Shown in pieces: positions 37,089 to 50,318 of a stretch of 64,000 nucleotides of DNA. Source of the DNA: Eledone cirrhosa (Eukaryota); contig OZ024740.1 in assembly GCA_964016885.1 (NCBI GenBank), positions 72,416,001 to 72,480,000 of the forward strand, given 5' to 3'. How positions within the stretch are numbered: the first letter of the stretch is position 1; the number at the start of each line of letters is the position of its first letter. The translations under genes and the position numbers were made by a program. The notes beneath the pieces were generated by a model. The model was not told the origin of the DNA, ran no database searches, and saw only the letters and a program-made list of their open reading frames with translations.

Positions 37089-37683
37089 TATATAAAGTTG
37101 TAGTTCCTGTCTGTTTGTTTGTTTGTTCACGAACTCCTCCTATGGTTTTGGAGATAGACCCCCATAACCATATATATTCTAAAACTACATTGCCCAGGGT
37201 ACTTGGATAAGTATATTTCATTTTAATCAAAGGGTTCCCTGGGGGCACAAACCCCCGCTGAAAATTTTTTCCCTTCGATTTATATGAAATTTAAACCATA
37301 GGTAAATGACAAGATATGATGCCTATTCACAAAATTTCAGCAAATGTCAATAATATTAAGACACCCTAATGGGGGTTAAACCCCCTATAGTGAAAATTTT
37401 GGAAGCCCAAATAAAATAATGCTTTACAGAAAAATGAAATGATCATTTTGAAAAAAAATTATTTACAAGAAACAAAATAAAAATAAGATTTAATAATGTA
37501 ATTTTGATTTGATATATTACAAAAAATAATGTTTTCCAATTTTTCATGCATTACATTTTATATTGAGTAATATTGAAATGCGGAGTTTTTCTCCATAAAT
37601 GATATCACTGATTTAAAATCAATCATCATTTTCTTACAAAAACAAATGTGTGAAACGCAGCAAGGCGCGGGTAATTTGGCTAG
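37089..37683 (+). mobile_element. Non-autonomous Helitron-like element
   Basis: 5' TATATAAAG..(TGTT)n microsatellite and 3' GC-rich ACGCAGCAAGGCGCGGG hairpin followed by CTAG|T. Confidence 0.7.
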
Positions 37684-40600
37684 TATATATATATAAATGA
37701 TGATGATGATGATATAAAGATATGTCAGGTTAAAATTTGTTTGTGTGAATCAATGTGCAAACAAAATATATATGGAAGATTGCTTTCCAAAGTACTTTTC
37801 TCGACATGATCATTGCAGGAGGTACGGTATTGAAACATATGTTAAAGAATGAACTCTAAATAAATCTTTCTCTTCTAACTTTTACGTCTTGCCTTGTCAT
37901 TTGTTTTTCCTAGTACTATACCTTTAAATTTATATATATATGTGTGTGTCTGTGTGTATAGAGTTCACCTAATAAAATTAAAATTGGCAATTAATAATAT
38001 ATATGTTTATGTCCTTATATATAGAAATATAGAAGAGATGTTATTTGTTATTTAAGGAAAGAAAGATACATAACACAGAACATATACAACAAATTCAGAT
38101 GATAATGTAGAGCATTGCCAGCAAGCTTGTCAAAGACGAACTGTTGATGGCATTCCTTTATTGCGAACTTGTTTTTGAACTGGTCAGCAGGAAACATACT
38201 TCCTGACTAAAGCTATAATAGAATAGATTTCTTAAATCATGTAGTACCTTACAAATGTTTCAATACAAATAATTTAATTAATACTTATGATAAGACAATA
38301 TATTTTTTAAAAAGGTGGAGAAAATATACTGAACTTAGCTAAGTATCATTAAAGACACATCCTCAGAAGTAACAAAATGATAAATAATGACTTAGTTAAA
38401 AGCAAGCCCAAAAGGTGCTTCAGTGAAATGAGGCTACATCATTAAAGACTGTACATTGTCAGAGGTAATAAAATGATAAGCAATGACTTAGGGAAAAGCA
38501 AGCCCAAAAGGTAAAAAGTGTGCTTCAGAGAAAAGAGGCTACATTTTTTTGGCAGTCATCTGGCAAATATGAGTTGTACACGCTGATTCGTTAATTTTAC
38601 AACTAGTATCAAATAAAGGTTGATAAAACAAAAAATAAATTCTGGGGTTTGATATGATTGACTAAATATCTTTAAAGTGGCACTCCAGCATGGTTACGTT
38701 TTAATGGGATATGGTTTGATCTGGTGGGTAGGTTGTAGTTACCCTGAGTTGTTAAAACATCACTGAAGCCAGATGTAGTACTTTAAAAAAAGATAATCCT
38801 GATAGAACTTGCAGTTTGATGAGAAGAAGAGCGCAGCAATACCTTTGAGCGAAAGAGTGCCAATTATCAAGAAATTCTGCAGGAGTGTAGGGAGAAAGGC
38901 TGGTAGGCATGGCTATTTCCAATAGAGATGGGCTGCAGGGTATTCCCAGCACACTCAGTATGGAAAATACTTACTCCCATTGGAATAACAAGAAGGCTGC
39001 AGTTCGCAGTATGGGAGAGGCAGCAGAAAGGGTATCTTGCTGGCTTTGGAGCAGGAGAGAGGAGATAAGCTGGAAGCTATAAGGTGAAGATGGGCAGTAA
39101 TTTGGCCTCCACTGCTGACCCACCAGCGAGAGGTTGTTACAGTTGAGGATTGAAGCACCCAAAGAACTTTGGACACCGTCTGATGATATCAACACCTCTT
39201 GGCCAAGGTTATGTGCACTGAAGGTGAATGAATGTGAAACAACTTTTTGAAGATGTAATTATACCTACTAATATGATAACTAAATCTATTTAAAGTTGTG
39301 TGCTAGCATGCCCATAGTCCAATGACTGAAACCAGTAAAAGAATAAAAAATATATATATTAGTTATTAATGGCGACTGTTTATTTCAAAATTTTTATCAA
39401 ATCTACCCATCAGTGTCTTAATGTTTGCTTTCCCTACTGGCTTTTCAAAACAGTTTTGGCAAAACCTTGAAGTAAAGTCTCTGTTAATAAAACTTCGGCC
39501 ATTACTTGCAGTCGAGTATGACTTGGTAGTATGTATCATGATTTCACTAAGGGTTTTAGGTTTTCATGCAGTCACAAGCAGACATAGACACTATCCCAAC
39601 CCTCCCTCCCATAATTCAGTAGAACATCCAAGATGTGACAACTGGAAGGCAAGAGACAGCGGCATCACCACTGAACTGGTTCTTTCTTTATCAACCCCGA
39701 AAGAATGAAAGACAAAGTAAGTCTCAGTGGGACTTGAACTCAGAACACAGAGACATGAAACAAATATCCAATATTTTGATTTCTGTTCTAAGCCAAAGTC
39801 TCATCGGGCTGGTGCTTATCCCCGGTTTCCTTGGCATTAAGCGACTGAGAGTACAAGACTCTCCCTGGATTAACTTCCAGACTACTGCTGGTACTCACTC
39901 TCAACTGAGTGTACTGGAGCAATGTGAAATAAAATGTTTTGCTCTGATTCTGCCAAATTGACTGCTATCACTGTTAATAACAACTATACTGACTATAAAC
40001 AGTGAAGGTGCATGGCTTAGTGGTTAGAGAAGAGAATTGGATTTGCAATCATGAGGTTGTGAGTTCGATTTCTGGACTGGGCTATATTTTGTCTTTTAGC
40101 AAGACACTTTATTTCATGTTGCTCTTTCTGCCAGGATTTGTGACTGTTAGATAGTATCAGCAATGGAAAGACCAATGGGAACATTGTTTCCTGAGTCAGA
40201 TTTGATGAGTTCCACCCCACTTGGTAAGTGAATGAAGTCTGGAATCTTGTTGATCAATAAACAGTATCTGAGTTCTTCATTCAGTATATGTTTAGTGTGT
40301 TTATTACACAAACCCATTAAAACCATAATTTATGTGTGTGTGTGTGTGTTAGAGAGGGAGGGAGAGGACAAGTGTATGAGTGTGTGTGTTATTGCATCTG
40401 ATTAGAAAAAAAGAAGTGTGTGCGTGTTTCTGCACATATATATGTGTGTATATAATAAAAAAAATAGAGATGTGTGTGCAAGAACCACTGTAAATATCTG
40501 TGTATTTAGAAAAAAAAAGTGAAAGAAAGAAACCAAGGAATATGATGTTTATACACAGGTAATATATCTGATATAAATAGGTTTTTCAGCTGCTTTACTT

Positions 40601-41819
40601 TTTCTTGTAATGTATTTATTTTCTTTCTTATCACCTTTATAGATAAGAACAAACGAAGATCAAAGCAAAAGCTTGTTTTTCTCGTGGTGTTTCTTACTAA
40701 CATAATTCCTTAAATTTGAAAGCTTGATCTTATTTCTAAACTAAACACCAAACTAAATTCACATATATATCAAAAGAAATGTTAGCTGTAGCTTTGAGAA
40801 TATGTAAGTAATTAAATCAACTAATGTTTTTTATGTAACTATATTGGCATGGAGATATAGTAAATATATCAATATAAAATATTTTTAGTTATATTTTTTA
40901 CTTTTATAATGGTAGAGAATAACATCAAAATAGCCAGTATCCTCGCTTATCTTCATAATTTATGGTATGGCTGGTTTGTTGTTTTGGGTTGTTTTTTTCC
41001 CAAGCAGTGAATGAAATATGTTAGAACATTACTTTGGTATATGTTTTGACTCTCTATACTCTGAGTTCAAATATTACTGAGATCAACTTTGCCTTTCATC
41101 CTTTCAGGGTCAATAAATAAAGTACCAGTCCAGGGGCGGTGGAGTAGTGGAATTATTAGAGAAGTTGAACAAGATGCTTCATAGTATCTGTTTCAGCTCT
41201 GTGTATTCTGAGTTAAAATCCCACATCCTGTCAGGAGTTGTGACCTACAGAAAGTATCTGCAATGGAAAGATCAATGGAAACATAGTTTTCTTAGTCTGA
41301 AGTGACAGTTAGCTCCTTTCTTTTTCTATATTTATGCAGGAAGACCAACAGTAAGAAGATGATCAGACTATATTATTATATGTTTAATGAACATGTGATA
41401 CAATAAAATGCTCCCAATACACTCTGTAAAGTTGTTGGTGTAATGAAGGGAATTCAACTGTAGAAACCATGCCAAAAACGGGAGGACAAACACACAGAGC
41501 AATAGTCAAAAAGTTATAGTCTGTTCTGAACCCTGAGGTTCATCAAGATGGCACATATCCCAGTTTCCTTGGAATTAAGTGCCTGAGAGTACAAGACTGA
41601 CCCTTAAAGAGGATGCCAGTTCAACACAGGGTTAATACGCAGCTACAGCTGGTACTCATTTTCATCAGAGTTGACTGAATAGGAAATGAAATATTTTGCT
41701 GAAGAATACTATATTTTGCACGGGAATCCAATCTAAGAATCAAACCCAGGACTTTATGATTGTAAGTCCAACACCCTAACCACTAGACTACACACCATCA
41801 CTGCAACAATACACTATTT

Positions 41820-42032
41820 ATTATGAAATTCATAGAAAATATAGGAAACCCAGACACAGAAAATAACTGTATACACAGTTGGTTGTTAAAAATAGCTTAA
41901 AAAATCAGGTACAGACTCCTTTTTTCCCATCTATAAGGGTGCTTTACCTGATTTTCTAAGCTATTTATAACAACTGTGTTTACAGTTATTTTCTGCAACT
42001 GAACTTCCTACATTTTCTATGAACTTCATAAT
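41820..42032. repeat. Diverged inverted repeat, about 90-bp arms and 30-bp spacer
   Basis: ATTATGAAATTCATAGAAAAT...AAAATCAGGTA / TACCTGATTTT...ATTTTCTATGAACTTCATAAT. Confidence 0.85.
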
Positions 42033-42343
42033 CCCTTAGCACTTCAAAAGTTTGAACTTTGCATACAATGTTTTCTATCTATTATACTTTAAACAAATGT
42101 TATCATCAATATCACTTGGGTTAACTTTTTATCTCTGACTTATTTATTCAGTTATTTATTACCATTCTTCAACATATTACTGTTTAGAACGTCTGCTACT
42201 TCTTTTATATTTTTATATGTTTACTAAGTTCCATCCCAACATGGGTTACATTAGGCAAAGTGCATGTATTTTCTACAATAACCTCCAGCCAACCAATGCC
42301 TTATGAGTGTTTTTGGTAGACAAAAACCTGTAAAGAAGCCCAT

Positions 42344-42425
<82 letters not shown>

Positions 42426-43682
42426 AAGTATATATATATATATATGTATAGCATCAAGAAGGGCATCTAGCACTAGACAACTGCCTTATTAAGGTCACTT
42501 GTCCAAGCCATGCAAGCATGGAAAAGCAGGTGTAAAAACAATGAATTATAGAAACATTCCACCCCAGTTCCATCACATCCTCCTACAGTCATTACATAAC
42601 TTACAGAACTTTATTCGGATATCTACTATTCCTACATGAGCTCTGCAGAAGACATCTATATGGACGTTCGACCTGCTAGAAATAACAGCCAAATCTTCGA
42701 ATTACAATCCGTCATCTTAAGGAAAGAGAAGGACATACTGGATAATGTTGACCTAGATATACTATGCCTGCAAAAACAAACATGGGATGGCCATGGCTGA
42801 AATCTCTTTTATCATAGTTCTTGCTCTATCAGGGTTGACTTAGAACTAAATAATAACAACAATGAGCCTTTGTGTAGTTCCTCACTCTGCTAGAAATAGC
42901 AGCCACATCTCCATCAAATTACACTACCATCTTATGAAAAGGCAAGGACACATTGAATAATATTCTCATAGATAAACTATATAGACACATACATAGCTGA
43001 GTGGTTAAGAAGTTTTATTTGCAGTCACAATGCCCTTAGTTCAAACCCTCTGTGTGACATCTTGGTTGGACTTCATTTATCATAAGTTTGGGGCAGCCCA
43101 AAATTATTTTGTGAGTGAATTTGTGTAGAGGAAAACTGTTTGAGAGCCTGTTGGGTGGACTGTCCAATTTTGCCACACACAGTGTCACACTGAATCTACT
43201 TGAGAATTACTGTATATACTTGAATATAAGCAAATCCAAATATATGCTAACTCCAACCCATTTTATGTCTAAGAAATGAGCAAAAATCCAAACCTCATTT
43301 ATAGGCCGAGGCGTCTAATCAATACATTATGTTTAGATGGTTTGGTTTTGAAATTCTCATGAGTATAAAATAAATAATTTTAATATTTTGATGTTTAAAA
43401 TGTTTTTAATGTTGTTTAGTATATAGTTTGTTTCACAACTTCATTACATAATGCTTTTTTACCATTCCATCCGTTTTATAAAGTTTCAACAAGTTTTTCA
43501 AATTTTTATTTGCTTCAGGTCATTCACATGCTGGGAGTACATTGAAAGCAAGAGATTGAATAAGAGAACTTTGTATAGGGATTCATTTGGTAAAGAGGGA
43601 GGGAGACACAGCAAGTGAATGAGCGAGAGAAGGGAGAGAGAGTGGATGAAATGGGGTTCCTCGAAAGGGTCTTTAGGGTATA

Positions 43683-43828
43683 CTAGCAGAATGGCCCGGT
43701 GTTGCTCGGGATTTGCTCTAGGGTTCTTACATATATGATATATATTTATCCTTATCGAGCCTCGTGAAATAAATGCATTTGTTTAAATTTTGTTATTGTG
43801 TATGCAAAAATATCTGTACACGAATATA

Positions 43829-43881
<53 letters not shown>

Positions 43882-46800
43882 CAGTACAGAGAAGTACGGA
43901 ATGCCTCGGGATGGTGTCTACATTTTGTGCTTATAAAAAAAATTTGTTGTAGATTACCAGGAGTTTTTTCCGTGCGAAGAAAATCAATACTTTATCGCAA
44001 AATAAATACTTTTGTTTATATTTTGTTATTGTGTATGGAAAAATATCTGTACACGAATATATAATTATATATATATATATATATATGAGGAGAACAAATG
44101 GGAGAAAGACAGTCTCCCCCACATCGACCCAATAGAGGGACCAGCAGTGTTAGTCCAGGGTAGTACAATAAGCAAGGCAATCAAAGATATGAAGACGGGT
44201 AAGGCGGCTGGTCCTTCGGAAATAGTTGCTGAGATGCTGAAGGCATCTGGTTCGGTGGGACACACCATGGTCACCCGGATAGTTAACCAAGTCGTACAGA
44301 ATGGGGTTGTTCCGAAGGACTGGCGTAGCAGCATCATCGTTAACTGCTATAAGGGAAAAGGAGATGCCCTAGATAGGAGTAACTATAGAGGCATTAAATT
44401 AATCGACCAGGTCATGAAGGTCACGGAAAAAGTAATAGTGCAACTAATCAGAGAGAGAATTGATCTAGATGAAATGCAGTTCGGATTTGTGTCAGGCAAA
44501 AGTACCACAGACGCTCTTTTCATTGTACGACAACTACAGGAGAAGTACCTAGCTAAAAGTAAACGGCCTTAAAATTAACCTGGCTAAGACTAAAGTTCTA
44601 GTTTGTAGGAAAGAAAATAAGGCGGCAGTCCCATCTGGGAAATGGCCATGCTCAGTGTGTAGGAAAGGCGTAGGTAGAAACTCCATTTTATGTCCCAAAT
44701 GCAAAGTATGGGTGCATAAAAGATGTAGTGGGATCACAGGTAAGCTAACTAAGAACATAGATTTTACATGTGGCCGGTGCTCTGGTGCAATAAGTAGCAG
44801 CAAGTGCCCACAAAATACTAGCTCCTTCAACTGCGCAGAGGGTTCTATAGAAATAGTGGACAGCTTCCGTTACCTGGGTGACAAAATCAGCAGTGTGGGA
44901 GGGTGCTCTGAAAGTACAGTAGTTAGAGTCAGAACTGGATGGAAAAAGTTCAGAGAGCTTATACCACTATTAGCCGCTAGAGGGTTCTCCCTAAAAATGA
45001 AAGGCAGGTTATACGATGCCTGCATACGAACAGCAATGCTGCATGGCAGTGAGACCTGGGCATTGTGTGCAGAGGATATACGCAGACTAGAGAGGAACGA
45101 AGCTTGCATGCTCCGCTGGATGTGCAATAGTAATATACGTGAACGGCAAAGCATAAACGAACTAAGGAAAAAATTAGAAATAAGAGGGATCAGATGTTGT
45201 TTACTCGAGAGAAGGCTACGTTGGTATGGTCACGTGATGCACATGAAAGACGACAGCTGTATAACAAAGTGCAGGGCAATAAAGATAGACGGTAGCCACG
45301 GAGTAGGCAGACCTAGAAAAACATGGGACGAGCTGATAAATTCCGACCTCACACACTTACACCTCTCCAAGACAATGTCACTGGACCGAGACCTTTGGCG
45401 GTACTCAGTAATAGAGAAGACCCGCCTTACCTAAATACAAAGTAAAAACCTACTACAGTCAGTAGGCATCTCTATCAAAACACCCCCCCGTCCCACCACC
45501 TCCACCCCATCCACACCGCCCCTTTCAATGTAAAGTTATGTTGGTCCCACAACATCCAGGCCGAAACAAATGAGATCGTGTAGGTGTCACGACAAAAAAA
45601 CACACAGTCCACGCTGTAAATGTGGCCGTGTAGGCAACACGGTAAAAACCTCCCAGCCCCACACTGTAAATGTGGTTGGTGTTAGGAAGGGCATCCAGCT
45701 GTAGAAAACCCGCCAGACAGTCCACGCTGTAATGTGGCCGTGTAGGCAACACGGTAAAAACCTCCCAGCCCCACACTGTAAATGTGGTTGGTGTTAGGAA
45801 GGGCATCCAACTGTAGAAAACCCGCTAGACAGTCCTATGCGAGCAAGACAACCACTCTTGCCTCAAGTGGGAAAACCCCCGTCCAAACCCATGCAAGCGT
45901 GGAACACGGACGCTAAACCTGATGATGATATTGAAATAACAGATTAAAGTTTAAGCAAAGAATCGCTGCTTTCACCCTTAACTCATCTTCTGAAACTAAA
46001 ATAAAAAATCAGCCGTTCGGCGATTGGTTCGTTGTTTGTATGTTTCAAGTGCTCTCCTGATGGCAGTACGTTCTGCATCTTGCGACAGTCGCATAGCAGA
46101 TTCCACTGACGATTCGTTTGCCCGCCTTGTTCTTTCTCTTGCCACTATCGCAGTATTTCGGCCAATGGAGTATCTCTTCCTTCAGAGGCATGATCTAAAA
46201 GCAGTATGAAGTACACTAAGACTAACTGATGTAATCATATACAATTGTCGGCCTTGTTTGTTTATATATATTTTTTTTGTGTATGCAAAAATATCTGTCA
46301 GTGATGCATGTGATTATGTAATCGCCGGCCTTGTTTGTTTAGATTTTGTTCTTGTGTATGCATCGTATGTAATCGTTGGCCTTGATTGTTTATATTTTGT
46401 TTTTGTGTATACAAAAAAATATATATATATTAAAATAACATATTAAAGTTTAAACAAAGAATCGCTGCTTTCAACCTTAATGGGATCTTCTGAAACTAAA
46501 AAAATCAATCTGTGAACGCAGATGTTAATATTTCGAAAACGTTGCAACCGAAGGAAAACAGGAGGATGATACTTTGGTTCGTGAAGACGTTCCTTGGCAT
46601 AAGAATATATATATATACACACTATACATACATATATACACACACACACTGATCGCGTACATATATACACACACACACTGATGATGTAATGCAGACAGGC
46701 GCGACGTCATATCTATGTATCTATCTAAAAAGAGAAAGACTAAGAGAGAGAGAGAGAGATCGCTAAATCGCCTAATGCGGTCCCTAGGGCATTGAAAATT

Positions 46801-46950
46801 TGAAATATTTTTTTGCTCAGAACACTCAATAGGACCATAAGTATTGCATGTGTAAAGTTTGAAAACAATCGGTTGGGTGGTTTTCGAGTTTTCATGCTTG
46901 TACAGACAGACAGACAGACAAACAGACATTCTCTGTTTTAGTAATATAGA
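43683..46950 (-). mobile_element. Non-autonomous Helitron carrying a RepHel N-terminal remnant, with an RTE nested inside
   Basis: Minus strand: A|TCTATATTACTAAAAC..(TCTG)n ... CCCGAGCAACACCGGG hairpin, CTAG|T. 46191-46012 reads MP-(frameshift)-RKRYSIGRNTAIVARERTRRANESSVESAMRLSQDAERTAIRRALET (STPR-like repeats). Confidence 0.8.
44087..45929 (+). mobile_element. 5'-truncated RTE LINE, copy 2, RT core deleted
   Basis: Near-identical to copy 1; about 375 nt deleted at 44563 (LAKSK joined to GLKINL, YADD lost); about 110-bp tandem duplication in the 3' UTR; (GAT)n tail. Confidence 0.95.
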
Positions 46951-47899
46951 TTACTCAATAGAGTGTATAGCTCAAAGATCAGAGGGTCGCTCCAGGTAGA
47001 GCCACTACTTCTCCGATACTACAATCATGTAGTTAGAATGTCTCAAGAAAGAATCAGTGGATAGATTTTGGGGGCAAAACTGGCAGGAAACTCAAGGGTA
47101 GACCCCGAGCTAGATGGCTGGATAACATCCATGAGCTCAGCTGGTCTACCTTGAGGATCCAAACAGATCAATTGGTGATGATTGCTTTTGACAGGACATG
47201 CTGGAAGGAGTGTTTGAAGAGTCTGTTCCCATGACCCTCCCAGAAATAAGATTGAAAGAAAAAGCATTATTAAGTCAGAGAAAAGCAGTCGGCGGTATGT
47301 GTATGTGTGTGTGTATGCATGTATGTGTATGGGATATTTATGTATTAAAAAGTTCAAATCATAAAAATTTGTTTTAAATATTTTCAAGAGAATGCATAAA
47401 TAACACCAATGACAATGTAGTAAATGTAGACAGTGTTTCTTTGTAAAATAAGCACTCCAGATATTTTAGCAGATTATTTACATAGAATTTGAAGTTGGTG
47501 AAAATCGGCAAAATATTGACCTGAAATATAACCTGACTTCTTATTTTACCACATATTTTTTGGCTTATATTCGAGTGTATATGGTACATTAAAGGTACAC
47601 ATGTCTATAGGATATGTAACCACTTACACAATAATTGGATATCCAGTTGAGTGCTCATCGTTGAAATCAGTGGAGGATCCATCATGTTGGAAAATAAAGA
47701 TCTAAAACCCAGGATGGCCATGGCTAGAATGGCTTTTATCATAGTTCTTGCTCTATAAAGGTTAAGCTAGGGCAAAATAACAACATAACTTTTATGGAAT
47801 TTGCTTTCTGTAAAGGTATAGAAAATATTTTATTTCTAACCAAAGAAACATCTTAGTTGAACTTTCTGAGATTTTTAGCCAACATGATATCAGGGACTC

Positions 47900-48330
47900 C
47901 ATCCTCACCATTAAATAGTATATCACAAAGGTAACAGAACAGTAACACTGTCCCACCCTCAACTTCATCATTAAATGGTATATCACCAAGGTTACAGAAC
48001 AGTAACACTACACCACTCCCACCCTCACCACTAACTAAATGGTGTATCACCAAGGTTACAGAACAGTAACACGACCCCGCTCCCATGCTACCACTAACTA
48101 AATGGTATATCACCAAGGTAACAGAGCAGTAACACTGCCCCACTCTCACCCTCACCACTAACTAAATGTTATATCACTGCTCTGTGAGCAGTAACACTGC
48201 CCCAACCATTAGATGGTATATCACCAAGGTAACAGAGCAGTAACACTGCACTAACCATTAAATGGTATATCACTAAGGTAACAGAGCAGTAACACTGCTC
48301 CAACCATTAAATGGTATATCACTAAGGTCT
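47900..48330. repeat. Minisatellite, about 50-60-bp unit
   Basis: AAATGGTATATCACCAAGGTAACAGAGCAGTAACACTG variants about 8 times. Confidence 0.88.
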
Positions 48331-48432
48331 TTCTTTCTTGCATGTGAAACTGTTGCTGGCTCAGGTTATCTCTAGTCGCCTGATGAAGATCAGTGATCAG
48401 AGATCAGTTTCCAGGATTCACCATGAGGAGGT

Positions 48433-48663
48433 TGTAGTAAGACGCCTCACGCCTCTTGATAGAACAACGCTGGTTGAGAACGCGAGAAAAAAACAGACAG
48501 CCACTGGAAAGCAGACTGATCACACGCCAGAAACCAGCCTCTGTACCACACCATTGTTTGTGCTACATCAAAAATAAACATATATTTCATTTCTAATTTC
48601 TGCTGTTGACGTCATTATTATGTCACTCGTGTCTCAATAACATATATAACCCATACTGCTAAA
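48433..48663 (+). repeat. 5' LTR
   Basis: TGTAGTAAG...ACTGCTAAA; contains AATAAA; 8 substitutions and a 2-nt indel versus the 3' LTR (counted by eye). Confidence 0.95.
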
Positions 48664-48664
48664 G

Positions 48665-48677
48665 TGGTGACCGACGT
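48665..48677 (+). promoter_or_regulatory. Primer-binding site, tRNA-Trp-like
   Basis: TGGTGACCGACGT versus the tRNA-Trp 3' complement TGGTGACCCCGACGT (2-nt deletion). Confidence 0.75.
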
Positions 48678-49537
48678 AAGAATTTAACGCAGCCCTTCTT
48701 TTTCATTCAGTTGAACGTTTATTGCCACGTTGCCGGCCTTTTTCGCAACTTGCGAAGATACAATATATTCCTTTCAAAGTTGTTTTTGAAAAATTAGCAG
48801 TATTTCAAAAACTTTTTGCTACACTCGACAACAACAACGACAGCAGCAGCAGCAGCAGCAGCGACAACATTGTTTAACCACTGACCAAAACAAGGAATAG
48901 TGAGTGGCAGCTTCATAGCCTTACCGACGCAAACCACCACACATCGGAAATTTCAAAACGATTCATTCGTGTAAATAATTTAAAGCAGCCCTTTTTATTC
49001 ACTTGAATATTTCACTGCCGTTGCCAACCTTTTCGCAACTTACACAAAAAAAAAAAAAAAAAAAAATTTTTCCAAGGTGGCGTTGCGTTCCTTCCCCGTT
49101 TTGTAATTTTCCGACGGGGACATTTTTTGATCAAGAGAGAAGAGAAAAAACTTTTTTTGTGAACATTACTGCCCCGCATGGGGATATACATGCCTTACCT
49201 TTTTCTAAGGGATTTTTAGCCACTGGCTACATTTGTTGATATCAAACGTGGATATATTCTAAAACAAACATTTTTTTTTCCTCTTTTTTACCTTATTTGA
49301 TTTGGCTGGTTCGTCGAAGCAACACGAGGGGACAGACGTTGAAGGAAAATTTTTTTTTTAAAGATATATATATGTATTTTATGTATTTTTCATATTTCCT
49401 AATGTTTTGAATGTCTGTTTCTTTTTGACCTTTAACTTTTTCTCAATTTTGGCTGTTCTCTTTTCACTGTACGAGGGTACATTAATTGCTGTTTAGATAT
49501 ATATGTATATATATTTTTTTTAATTTTAAGCGTTAAC

Positions 49538-50318
49538 ATGAATGTGCCACATTTGCCCGCCTTTACTGGAAAACCTAAGATGTGGTTTGCCCAGTTACAG
49601 GCGTATTTTACGGTCTGTAAGACCGAATCTGACTAGCGCCTCGCTGTACTGATTAGCGGACTTCCCCCTAATCTAGCAGATTCGGTCCAAGACCTAATTA
49701 CAGACCCCCCCCCCCTCTGACTTAACGTATGAGTCTTTGAAGGGCGAGATTTAAAGGAGGAATTGTAAGTCGGTAGAGAGTCGTTTTCGGTCATTGATCG
49801 AGGACGAACGATTAGGTGACAGGACCCCTACCGCTTTTCTCCGGCATTTGCGGGATTTGAACGATTCCTAAGATCAGGATAGCCCTTTCCTGAAGCAATT
49901 ATTCTTCTCTTGCCTACCTCAAGAGGTACAGGCGATCCTAGCCCATATGCTAGAGGTAAATACCCTCGATCACATTGCTGTCTCTGCTGACAAAATTGTA
50001 GAAGTGACGAAGAGAGACACTTCGAAGCCAAAGTACGTTGCTTCCTCTTCTCTTCCTCAATCACGCTCATCAGCGTCTGATGACAAATTAATCACCACAA
50101 TGGAAGCCATGACTCGTCAAATGGCGGAGTTGTGCCAGGAATTCAGGTCTTTTGGACGGCAGAGGAGCCGCTCACGACGTTATTCAACTCCTCGCCACCG
50201 TAGCCCTTCCAACACACCAGAAACACCATATTGTTATTACCATGACAGATATGGTAAAAAAGCCGCCCATTGTAGGCCTCCTTGTGCTTATGAGGGAAAA
50301 GACGACCAGAGTCACTAA
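49538..50318 (+). pseudogene. Gypsy gag (stop and frameshifts)
   Basis: MNVPHLPAFTGKPKMWFAQLQAYF..., RSRSR stretch, CYYHDRYGKKAAHCRPPC knuckle; GGGAAAA slippery-like site near 50293. Confidence 0.85.

Noticed and set aside
38094-38180. Possible plus-strand exon after TTCAG (DNVEHCQQACQRRTVDGIPLLRTCF*)
   Set aside because: No polypyrimidine tract, no recognisable homology, no partner exons.
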